A stretch of 64,000 nt of DNA from Bdellovibrionales bacterium (GTDB lineage: Bacteria > Bdellovibrionota > Bdellovibrionia > Bdellovibrionales > UBA1609), in NCBI GenBank assembly GCA_965199825.1, contig OZ241329.1:160001-224000 (forward strand), given 5' to 3'. This document shows positions 9,893 to 17,907 of this stretch, piece after piece (the stretch's first letter is position 1; each line of letters opens with the position of its first letter). A program made the position numbers and the translations under genes. The notes beneath the pieces are model-generated. The model saw only the letters and a program-made list of their open reading frames with translations, searched no databases and was not told the origin of the DNA.

Positions 9893-9962
9893 CTCTACCG
9901 GTTGGAGTTGGGGAGTGAGTTGATCCTTGAAGTAGTATTTTGAGTTGAAGCTACAATTTTAA

Positions 9963-10685
9963 GTGGGTATTTGGGTCGGAGTGCTCAATAAATTTATTTG
10001 TATTATCTTAGTTGCGCTGATTTGTCTCAGGCAAAATTCAGTAGAAGCAAAAGATGTTTTAATTTTTGGTAAAACTATTAAGCCTGCGCATATGAATATT
10101 ATCCCGACAGCAGGTAAGTCTCTAGAGCTTTTTTTATCGCAGAATGGATTTAATGCGAAGTTCATCCAAAATTTAAATTTTGCTCAAACTCTAGAAATTA
10201 AAAATTATGATGCGTTGATTTTTTTAGACACTTCAGAAGGAATTTTAACTCTCTACCAAAAAAAGAAAATTGAATCTTACTTTAAAAACGGTTTAGGCAT
10301 CCTAGCTATTCATTCGTCGGTCGCATTAGGTAATGATTGGATTTGGTTTAAATCTCTCATCGGCGCCACATTCAAAAATCATCCGCCAATTCATTCCGAA
10401 ACAGTAAGGCGAGTTGAACCTTTACACCCATCAATCAAACACTTGCCGAGAACATGGACACAGGAGGATGAATGGTATGAATTTGCTAGCAAGTGAGATG
10501 ATTCAGCACAAATTCTAATAACTTTAAATTCAGATCCTATATCCTGGTGTCGCGAGGTCGCTGGTGCAGGCCGATTTTGGTATACGTCTATGGGTCACTC
10601 CGAAAGCCTTTACACAGATCAAGCCGGTCAAAATTTTAGGAGGCATCTGCTAGACGGATTAAAATGGTTAACAGAAACGCATTAG
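9963..10685 (+). pseudogene. ThuA-like (class I glutamine amidotransferase-fold) protein interrupted by in-frame TGA at 10494-10496
   Basis: GILAIHS, GATFKNHP, DEWY, then TGA; the same frame continues PISWCREVAGAGRFWYTSMGH...FRRHLLDGLKWL to TAG at 10685. Confidence 0.8.
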
Positions 10686-10986
10686 ACAAACAATTTAATG
10701 GCAGAAATTAAATTGTGTTTACCGGTGCACGTATTTGGGACAAATGAACCAGCTTCTCAAGAAAATATAATATATATCAATCGTCTGTATTTGAATACCC
10801 AAACATCGGGCTCTGCTCCATTTTTCAACTCGGCGGCCGACCACTGCGCATAAACATATTCAATAGTAGACGAGAAAATGGCACCACCCATTCAAAATCT
10901 TATTCGATCTATCAATATAAATTGATGCGACATTTTTATAGCGCGTGCTATGGCAATCCATCGGCAGATTTGCCAAAGGAGAAATT

Positions 10987-11412
10987 TTGCGAAATCTTTT
11001 TAGCTTGTTTGTTTTTGTGAGCTTACTTTTCTTTGCGGCTCCACAAAGTCACGCCACAGTTTGCAATGCCGCTTTAAATCCGAATCTGACAGCTAGCTAT
11101 CGTTTGCTCACCTGGCTTAATGATCGAGCCCGATGTGTCCCGCAATTTGGAACGCTGATCAAGATGCACTCCGGGTCTTTGGAGGACGTGGTCCGAGCAA
11201 TCCATTCTGTCTTGAGCAGTCAAGAGACTGATGATCCTGGGCCCTACAATAGTTTTGATCAATGGTGTGAAGGTGTTGAGACCAATCGACAGGCTTTATT
11301 AGCTGAGCTCAAACAAGCCTTGCCTGATCAGTACAAAGACCAGACGGAGCAGGGTTTGGACAAATTGCTCGAGATCATATCCAAAAGAAATTCTTGGGCT
11401 CGTCCCAAATAA
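10987..11412 (+). CDS. Exported hypothetical protein
   Basis: TTG start after AAGGAGA; signal peptide ending SHA. Confidence 0.65.
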   Translation: MRNLFSLFVFVSLLFFAAPQSHATVCNAALNPNLTASYRLLTWLNDRARCVPQFGTLIKMHSGSLEDVVRAIHSVLSSQETDDPGPYNSFDQWCEGVETNRQALLAELKQALPDQYKDQTEQGLDKLLEIISKRNSWARPK

Positions 11413-11651
11413 GTTTTTTGTCGAAGCTTTACTGCTGCTCCAACCATTAGTTATTTTTGAATCGTCCAACATGGATACTTCGATGTTGATGAATCAAACC
11501 CAGTTTTGGCAGAACCTTTAAACCCCGCCAGTCTCAACCGAATCACAAGGGGTTTCATTCGACCATGCGTTTGCATCTGCTATGGCCGAACAGAATAGGC
11601 TAAAAGAAGTCTTCGCAGAAACCGACGAATTTTTTAGAATCGTCGATTCAT

Positions 11652-13961
11652 TTACCGTTCATTCTCGTTCGTTGGGATCCGAACGAAATTTTTGAGATTG
11701 AGAATCACGCCTGCTTTTGGCGCAGCCGACGAAGGCTTTTGGAGATAAAGATCTGTCAAACGAGTGGCGATAAATTTCCAGCTCGGTTTTACCCCTGCGG
11801 GAAGTTTGTAAATAGATTGAATCTTATTTTCAAAAACGGGGTCATTTAGAAGAATCGATGCGGCAGTTTTAAAAAGTATATTCCGTTCAGCCTCACTCTC
11901 TGTGTTTCTTAACGAGATCAGAGTTTTTGCAAACTCTGGATACTTCGCTTGGGCGGGATTAAAAACCTCACGCTCTAAGTCTGCCAATGCAGGGTCTTGG
12001 GGAGCGTTGGTAAGCTTAAGGAGGCCCGGATCTTCTTCCGCTTCAAAATCACCAACACCCTCTTCTTGAACTTCATCTTCGTCGAACTGACCAACAGCAT
12101 CTTCCTGCGCCCCGCGCTCGACACTTTGGTAATAGGGTTGGAGATTAAAATCTTTTGAGAACTGAAGGCTTCGACGAATCGGATCTTCGTCCAATGGAAA
12201 CTGGAAAAAACCTTTTTTACTTAGCCATTTGTTATTGCCTCGGCTGATCAGAATCTGATTTGCTTCGGTTGAGTTTGATGCCGTCAAAGCCACAAGATCT
12301 CGCCCCTCAGATTGAGCAAATTTTTTGACGAACTCAAGAGCGGAATCAAAAGCCTCACGGGCATCTTCATGGTAGGGCAAGCCCTCATGAGCTTGAGGAT
12401 TAAACTCGAGCGCATCGATCAGCACAATAGGTCGATGATTGAGATCGGCTAAAGACAAATGCATTTTGCCTAAAAATCTTTTGCCCTTTGAAAAAGTCAA
12501 AATTTGATAATGAGGATTGTAGAGCCAAGTGGAAGATCGACCAAAGTTGATGCTTCCGACCGCGGTACAGTCACCACAATCCGAACCCAATTCCAAATCA
12601 CCGAGGGTTCTGGCGACATAGCGAAGCACCACTCGATTTTTGTTTTGATCAGGATTGAGTGCTTCGATATTTTTAAGAAGATCATCTGCATACATAGCAA
12701 ACACCGAGTCATGTGTTTCTGGATTATTCAAAGAAATATTGAGTGCACGACCCACGTCCTCTTGTTGCTTCTTACTTAATGCTTCAAATTTGTTTTTGAC
12801 TGCTTTGGGATTAGCAACTGTTATCCATTTTTGAGCCGTTCTTAATTCTTTAACAACACTCGAGTTGTCAAATAATTTAAGTTTGAAATAAGGATCGGCG
12901 GCGATGGACTTAACAACCGCTTGCTGATCTTTTGCGTCCTGATCCAGATGCAAAAGATACTTTTTAGTATCGCTGTTTTTTGCAAGATTCGAAAATAAAC
13001 TTTGATAGTAATTGATGCTCTCCTCAAATGCGACGAGGGCCTGGGTTGGCGTCAAATCGGAATTAAGATTTTTTAATAAGCGATATTTAAAAACGAAATC
13101 TGAAAGTTGAACCATTGGATCTCGTTGAGTCACACTGATAACTTTTTGGTCTTCTAGAATCTTTATTATTTTTTGAGCCGAATTTTTTTTGATTGATTTT
13201 AATTCTAGATAATCAAATAGGTTTGGCGAGCCAAGATTACGTGTGATCTCTGCCACAAGGTCTTTAAGTTCAGACAGATCGCGACGCAAATCAGAACGAA
13301 ATCTACGCTGACCTGGTTCGGCAGCCGCAGCCTGAAAAACACTTTTACTGCGCGATAAAAGGTCTGAGAATTCGATGAGCTCTCTATCTCCGAGGCCAAC
13401 AAGATGCAGGTCTAACTCAGGCAGCAACTTTGTTTGAAATTGTTCAGGATGCTGCTTTTTGACTTCCATTAAGCGAGAAAACAATGACTGGACACTGAGC
13501 TTGATATCGTCTGAAAATTGAAGTGGGTAAGTTTGATCTTCAAAACTGATGACGGTGGTTAATACATCAAATATTGAGGACCCTTGTTCAAATAAAATTT
13601 CCTCATTTCGTTTTTGAATCAAGTAGTGACCAATCGCCAAATTGATTTTGGCACGTATCGAAAATTCGTCTTGCGAGAAATCGACCAAGAGATCCAAAAT
13701 TATTGCAGATTTTTTGTTTTGTTTGAGAATGCGATCGATAATGGCTTGGTGATCTTGATCAATGTTCACCTGTCGACGAATATCAAGCCGAAGATCTTGC
13801 GTATCTTCGTCGGTAAATTCCTCACCTGAAATCAATTTCTGATTCAGACGAGTCATGTTGGGGCCTTTTAAAATGTCATCACAAATAGGGTCTGAGCAAA
13901 AGCCTGTTGTGCTGATCATTAAGGCCACTAACAACAAACTAAATTTAATTTTAAAAATCAT
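11652..13961 (-). CDS. Large exported hypothetical protein with a GSDCGDC motif domain
   Basis: About 770-codon ORF; signal peptide; helical N-half; DLELGSDCGDCTA...NPHYQIL...LIDALEF. Confidence 0.8.
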   Translation of the reverse strand: MIFKIKFSLLLVALMISTTGFCSDPICDDILKGPNMTRLNQKLISGEEFTDEDTQDLRLDIRRQVNIDQDHQAIIDRILKQNKKSAIILDLLVDFSQDEFSIRAKINLAIGHYLIQKRNEEILFEQGSSIFDVLTTVISFEDQTYPLQFSDDIKLSVQSLFSRLMEVKKQHPEQFQTKLLPELDLHLVGLGDRELIEFSDLLSRSKSVFQAAAAEPGQRRFRSDLRRDLSELKDLVAEITRNLGSPNLFDYLELKSIKKNSAQKIIKILEDQKVISVTQRDPMVQLSDFVFKYRLLKNLNSDLTPTQALVAFEESINYYQSLFSNLAKNSDTKKYLLHLDQDAKDQQAVVKSIAADPYFKLKLFDNSSVVKELRTAQKWITVANPKAVKNKFEALSKKQQEDVGRALNISLNNPETHDSVFAMYADDLLKNIEALNPDQNKNRVVLRYVARTLGDLELGSDCGDCTAVGSINFGRSSTWLYNPHYQILTFSKGKRFLGKMHLSLADLNHRPIVLIDALEFNPQAHEGLPYHEDAREAFDSALEFVKKFAQSEGRDLVALTASNSTEANQILISRGNNKWLSKKGFFQFPLDEDPIRRSLQFSKDFNLQPYYQSVERGAQEDAVGQFDEDEVQEEGVGDFEAEEDPGLLKLTNAPQDPALADLEREVFNPAQAKYPEFAKTLISLRNTESEAERNILFKTAASILLNDPVFENKIQSIYKLPAGVKPSWKFIATRLTDLYLQKPSSAAPKAGVILNLKNFVRIPTNENER

Positions 13962-14064
13962 TTGGCTTTTATAAGTTGGGAGCTGCCGGACGCTCAAGAG
14001 CTAAAAAACTCAACAAAATATCTTCTTTGGCATTAGGATGATTATCCCGCAACGGCAGAGCCGT

Positions 14065-14391
14065 CTATTGGCAAACCAGATTCACCGAATCCAATTCCCA
14101 TCTTTCGAATGTGATTTTTTTTGGCATAGTGCTGCGAGCGGCTTTAAACCAACCAGCCTTTGCTATTACTAAACCAATATATTTTACGTAACTTCCATCC
14201 TTAAGAGCACAGTCTACCTCAAGGGTATAATAACGAGCCTCAAGGGTATAATAGAGCGAATCATTGTGGGCGTCAAATTTTGAACTCTGGATTTCATAGT
14301 CATTGGGAATTGTAGCAACACAAGATTCTAACCCGTAAGCTAAACTGGACACCGATATCAACAAGGCAAAAAATATGGATTTTGCTTTCAT
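14065..14391 (-). CDS. Small exported hypothetical protein
   Basis: AAGGAGA RBS; signal peptide ending AYG. Confidence 0.7.
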   Translation of the reverse strand: MKAKSIFFALLISVSSLAYGLESCVATIPNDYEIQSSKFDAHNDSLYYTLEARYYTLEVDCALKDGSYVKYIGLVIAKAGWFKAARSTMPKKITFERWELDSVNLVCQ

Positions 14392-14529
14392 TATTATTTC
14401 TCCTTCGAACCAACTAAAAATAAAAATGATTTAGTGGCTTCCATGTTGGATTAATTAAGGCTCTTGGGAAAGTCTAATAAATTGAGTAGATGAAAACCAA
14501 AGCATGATCGGCGACCCGGTTGATGAGTC

Positions 14530-15234
14530 TCAGAGTCCTTTTTCATTAAGCCATGCCGACACAACGGCTCGACGGGTCTGAACGTCTGTAGATGGGTCGT
14601 GTTTGAATTCGGCTAAGAGGGCTTGGACCGTGGAAAGCAAAACGTCATAAGCCTCACCGATTTCGGCTGGTGTATAGCCTGCTCGTACGAGCAATTCGAC
14701 CGAAAATCCCTCGACATTCGCGTGTTCGTAATCAGCAAAAGCAATATTGATCCCATGAATAAATATGGGTGAGGGCCCGAGTGGCCCGTCATGGTTTGGA
14801 TAATCATTCATCGAAAGATCGAATAAATAATGTGAAATTTCATGAGACAAAACGGCTGCGATGACAAGGTTTGGATGTTGAGCATGCGTTGTAAATCTTT
14901 TGATCATATCTAGATCGACTAAGATAAATTTACGAGTCGAATCGCAGCTGACATTAAAGTGCTTTGAAAGTTTAAGTTGAAAGTCATCGGCTGCGGGATG
15001 GATAGCAGATTTAATTTTCGCAAAAATCAGGTTGAGTTTTGCATCAGGATTTTTATTTAAAACTTTCACCGTCGAATTTTCTGAAACAAATCTCGGGAAA
15101 TTTGGTTTTTTTAAAATCATCTCTAAGGCTTCAGTGAAGGTGGCGCTGAGCGATTGCGCCTCGGCATGCGGGCCAGTTGCGACGAGCGCGATTGCAATAG
15201 TAAATAAACACAATTTAATAAAAAGTTGTTTCAT
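14530..15234 (-). CDS. Exported zinc metallopeptidase (HExxH, M48-like)
   Basis: Signal peptide ending AEA; AAVLSHEISHY; downstream E...LLVRAGY. Confidence 0.65.
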   Translation of the reverse strand: MKQLFIKLCLFTIAIALVATGPHAEAQSLSATFTEALEMILKKPNFPRFVSENSTVKVLNKNPDAKLNLIFAKIKSAIHPAADDFQLKLSKHFNVSCDSTRKFILVDLDMIKRFTTHAQHPNLVIAAVLSHEISHYLFDLSMNDYPNHDGPLGPSPIFIHGINIAFADYEHANVEGFSVELLVRAGYTPAEIGEAYDVLLSTVQALLAEFKHDPSTDVQTRRAVVSAWLNEKGL

Positions 15235-15250
15235 CCAGATTCTAAACCAT

Positions 15251-15266
15251 AGCAAACGACAAGCCA
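15251..15266 (-). promoter_or_regulatory. sigma54-like -24/-12 element
   Basis: TGGCTTGTCGTTTGCT, close to consensus TGGCACG-N4-TTGC. Confidence 0.65.
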
Positions 15267-15273
15267 ATAGCAC

Positions 15274-16398
15274 CTACCGCGCGGATTGAGCGCTGCGCGA
15301 CGAGGATGTCATCGAAGAACCGGCAACCCCTTCGCTAAAGGTGCCCGAGGCTTGTTGCAAAGGATCTGCGAGTGCGAGCTTGTTGAGGCGAATGGCTTCA
15401 CTCAGCATAGAGTTGCTCGGTCGTAATCTTGTGATCGAAACAACGTTGTCGGGAGCTGCATAACTTGAGGGTCGCACGTTGACGTTGGCAATCAAATCTG
15501 AGGCGATCTCGACGTTTTTTGCACCGCCTGATAAAGAATAGGGTCTGATCACAAAAATTTCGTTTGGGGTTCCGGAGTTTTGGATTCCAACCACGCGGCC
15601 TGTGACATTTTCGCCAAAGGTTGTGGTCATCTCAACGTAGCGATTTGCTTCCCATTGAATTTTTGATCCGTTGACCCCTTCAACCTTTACGATGCCCTCC
15701 ACCGGGCGAGCTAAAGTTTGATCCGCGGCAGTCTTAATTTTAAATTCTGAGGCTGAGCCTTCCACATGGGCACGTTGCAGAGTTTCTAAATTTATTTTGT
15801 TTTCGAAAATTCGATCGGTCACGCTAAATGAACTTCTACTAAACGCACTGTCTTTGGCGCCGAGCACATCTTCGATTTTGAGGAAGTTTCTTGATGCGAA
15901 AGATCGAATGGCATTGGCTTCGTCGAGAGCTCGCTTGCCTTCTTTTTCTAACATGGCTTGGGTTTCAGACATCTGCCCGCGAATTTCATTCCAGCGCAAA
16001 ACATTTGGAGCAACACCGTCATTCGGGTGAACCGCCAAATTCGATTGAACACTTTTACCAAGCGCTTGAAATTCTGAATTGAGTTTTTGCAGACGCGCAC
16101 TTTGTTTATTGACATAGTCTAATCGCTCTTCAATGCGTCTAATTTTATTTTGTACGGTTGTGATGGCTTCGGATCGAGGTTGGAGTTTGATGTTTGGCGT
16201 TGGGTTGAAGCTTTGGCCTTGGACTCGATTCAACACAGCGTCATCTCGCAGCCGACGATCGTAAGAATAGTGATCGTTATTTTCTATGGCCCTTGAGACC
16301 GGATCACGAAACAGATCTGTAAATGTCCCCAAAGCTTCTTCTGCTGAGGCGGATGTACTTAAGAGCAAATACAAACTAATGCCAATCATGGTTTTCAT
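15274..16398 (-). CDS. Exported hypothetical protein (coiled-coil N-half)
   Basis: 374-codon ORF; signal peptide ending ASA. Confidence 0.75.
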   Translation of the reverse strand: MKTMIGISLYLLLSTSASAEEALGTFTDLFRDPVSRAIENNDHYSYDRRLRDDAVLNRVQGQSFNPTPNIKLQPRSEAITTVQNKIRRIEERLDYVNKQSARLQKLNSEFQALGKSVQSNLAVHPNDGVAPNVLRWNEIRGQMSETQAMLEKEGKRALDEANAIRSFASRNFLKIEDVLGAKDSAFSRSSFSVTDRIFENKINLETLQRAHVEGSASEFKIKTAADQTLARPVEGIVKVEGVNGSKIQWEANRYVEMTTTFGENVTGRVVGIQNSGTPNEIFVIRPYSLSGGAKNVEIASDLIANVNVRPSSYAAPDNVVSITRLRPSNSMLSEAIRLNKLALADPLQQASGTFSEGVAGSSMTSSSRSAQSAR

Positions 16399-16523
16399 AT
16401 GCTTTTAAAATGCAAATTCTGCGTCTGACTAAATTCTTTATATTTGAGCTTGTTGTTAAAATCTCAAACAGTCTGTTAAAAATTAAACATCAATCTCATA
16501 GTGAGATGTTTTATTTTGAAACA

Positions 16524-16940
16524 TCAATGAGCCGATAACGATATTAAAAGCCGCTTTGCGCTTTCACCATCGAGAGTATACGGATCAAAGTCTCCGTCGG
16601 GTGAAAACTCCAAGGTCAGATGCTTTTGGAGGTGACCAATAAAAACCACATCCTTCATCGACCAATTTGGAAAAAGTCTTTTTTCAATCTTTTGATCTTC
16701 CAAAAGGACAGCATCAAAGTGGCGTGGATCTTTACGAATCTTGTCATAAAGAGAATTGATATGGGTTTGATCGCCTTCAAGAAGTTGCAAAAAAAAGTCT
16801 TCACCAAAAACTAATATTCCGGTGATTTCATTTTTAAGATTATTTTTTTGTGACACCTCAATAATACGTGTGACTTCAGAGCTGTTGCAAACGGCGTCAT
16901 TATATTTACTCACATAAATAATATTAAATAGATTCATCAT
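16524..16940 (-). CDS. Stand-alone BLUF blue-light sensor
   Basis: IIYVS, SQKNN, ITGIL, FLQLLEG, IRKDPRH, RLFPNWSM. Confidence 0.9.
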   Translation of the reverse strand: MMNLFNIIYVSKYNDAVCNSSEVTRIIEVSQKNNLKNEITGILVFGEDFFLQLLEGDQTHINSLYDKIRKDPRHFDAVLLEDQKIEKRLFPNWSMKDVVFIGHLQKHLTLEFSPDGDFDPYTLDGESAKRLLISLSAH

Positions 16941-17074
16941 ATCAATGTAAGTACAACCGATCTTGGTGTCCATTCTCATTAGACTAAAGTGTGAGGGATG
17001 ATTGCGCATTTTCGGCTTTAGAGACAATTTTTGGCGCTCCAGGGCTTACAGCACAAATCAGTTAACAGAGTCTA

Positions 17075-17090
17075 AGGCATCAAAACTGCA
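17075..17090 (+). promoter_or_regulatory. sigma54-like -24/-12 element
   Basis: AGGCATCAAAACTGCA, 50 nt upstream of 17141. Confidence 0.5.
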
Positions 17091-17140
17091 AACAGAGTTT
17101 GACCAACCACCGCTCCAATTTCCAATAAGGCACTGTTAAA

Positions 17141-17833
17141 ATGAAAACCTTTTTTGTATCGCTGGCAGCATGTTTGATCGTTGTAGGTTGTGGGTCATCT
17201 CATCAGTCCGAAAGCGGCAATGTGTTCTCAAAAGAAAATCCAAAACCGAGTAAGTTTAGTACAACAATGAAAACCACTCAGTCCGACAAAAACAATCAAC
17301 CCATCCCATCTTCGGAACGAATTATTAATATTGTTTATCAATTTCATCCTACCGAACAAGGGATCAATTGGCGTCGCACCATGAAGATTGATTATCAGCA
17401 TCGAATTCAATCGATGTTTCAAGAGGGCGTGATTTCGGAGATGGATAATCAAAAGATGCTTCTTACTGTGAAAAGGTCTTCTTGCGACGATGCCGAGGGC
17501 ATACGCGTTGCTCCATCAAGTGATGTTGTTTACTACCAGGCTTCACCCTCCGTTTTAAAATTGGATACAACACCCATCCCTCCCCCAGCAAAAGGATTTA
17601 CCGACATCATGGGACAGATCATTGGAGGCATAATGGTGGACTCAATGCGGATGATGCTCGAGCAAGCGTTTAGCTTTGGCAGTGCCCGTACTTTTTTGAC
17701 AAGTGGCCATGGTAGCTTTCAACAAGATAATGATCTGCAAATCTTGTCCGAGGATTTAGGAGAAGTCGGTTGTTTTAATGTTTTCGGGCGTGATTTCGTC
17801 GCATCAAAACTACATCCATCTAACGAATTTTAA
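17141..17833 (+). CDS. Lipoprotein of unknown function
   Basis: Lipobox VVGC. Confidence 0.75.
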   Translation: MKTFFVSLAACLIVVGCGSSHQSESGNVFSKENPKPSKFSTTMKTTQSDKNNQPIPSSERIINIVYQFHPTEQGINWRRTMKIDYQHRIQSMFQEGVISEMDNQKMLLTVKRSSCDDAEGIRVAPSSDVVYYQASPSVLKLDTTPIPPPAKGFTDIMGQIIGGIMVDSMRMMLEQAFSFGSARTFLTSGHGSFQQDNDLQILSEDLGEVGCFNVFGRDFVASKLHPSNEF

Positions 17834-17900
17834 TTTCAAAATGCCAGTTCGGCTCGCCTACTGGCGAACGAATGTCTGAGCATTTTAAAATTAAAATTCG
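17824..17900 (-). repeat. Palindromic interspersed element, copy 3 (inverted)
   Basis: Reverse complement has core TGCTCAGACATTCGTTCGCCAGTAGGCGAGCCGAACTGGCA with arms CGAATTTTAATTTTAAAA/TTTTGAAATTAAAATTCG; lies between convergent genes. Confidence 0.85.
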
Positions 17901-17907
17901 GAAGCGT

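Noticed and set aside
10494..10496. Genome-wide TGA recoding
   Set aside because: TGA ends purA, the aminotransferase and TMEM175 at their expected C-termini
8186..17900. Palindromic element as CRISPR repeat or integron attC
   Set aside because: Copies are kilobases apart and one is inverted; no regular spacers or cas genes; RYYYAAC/GTTRRRY ends are not consistently present; no intI
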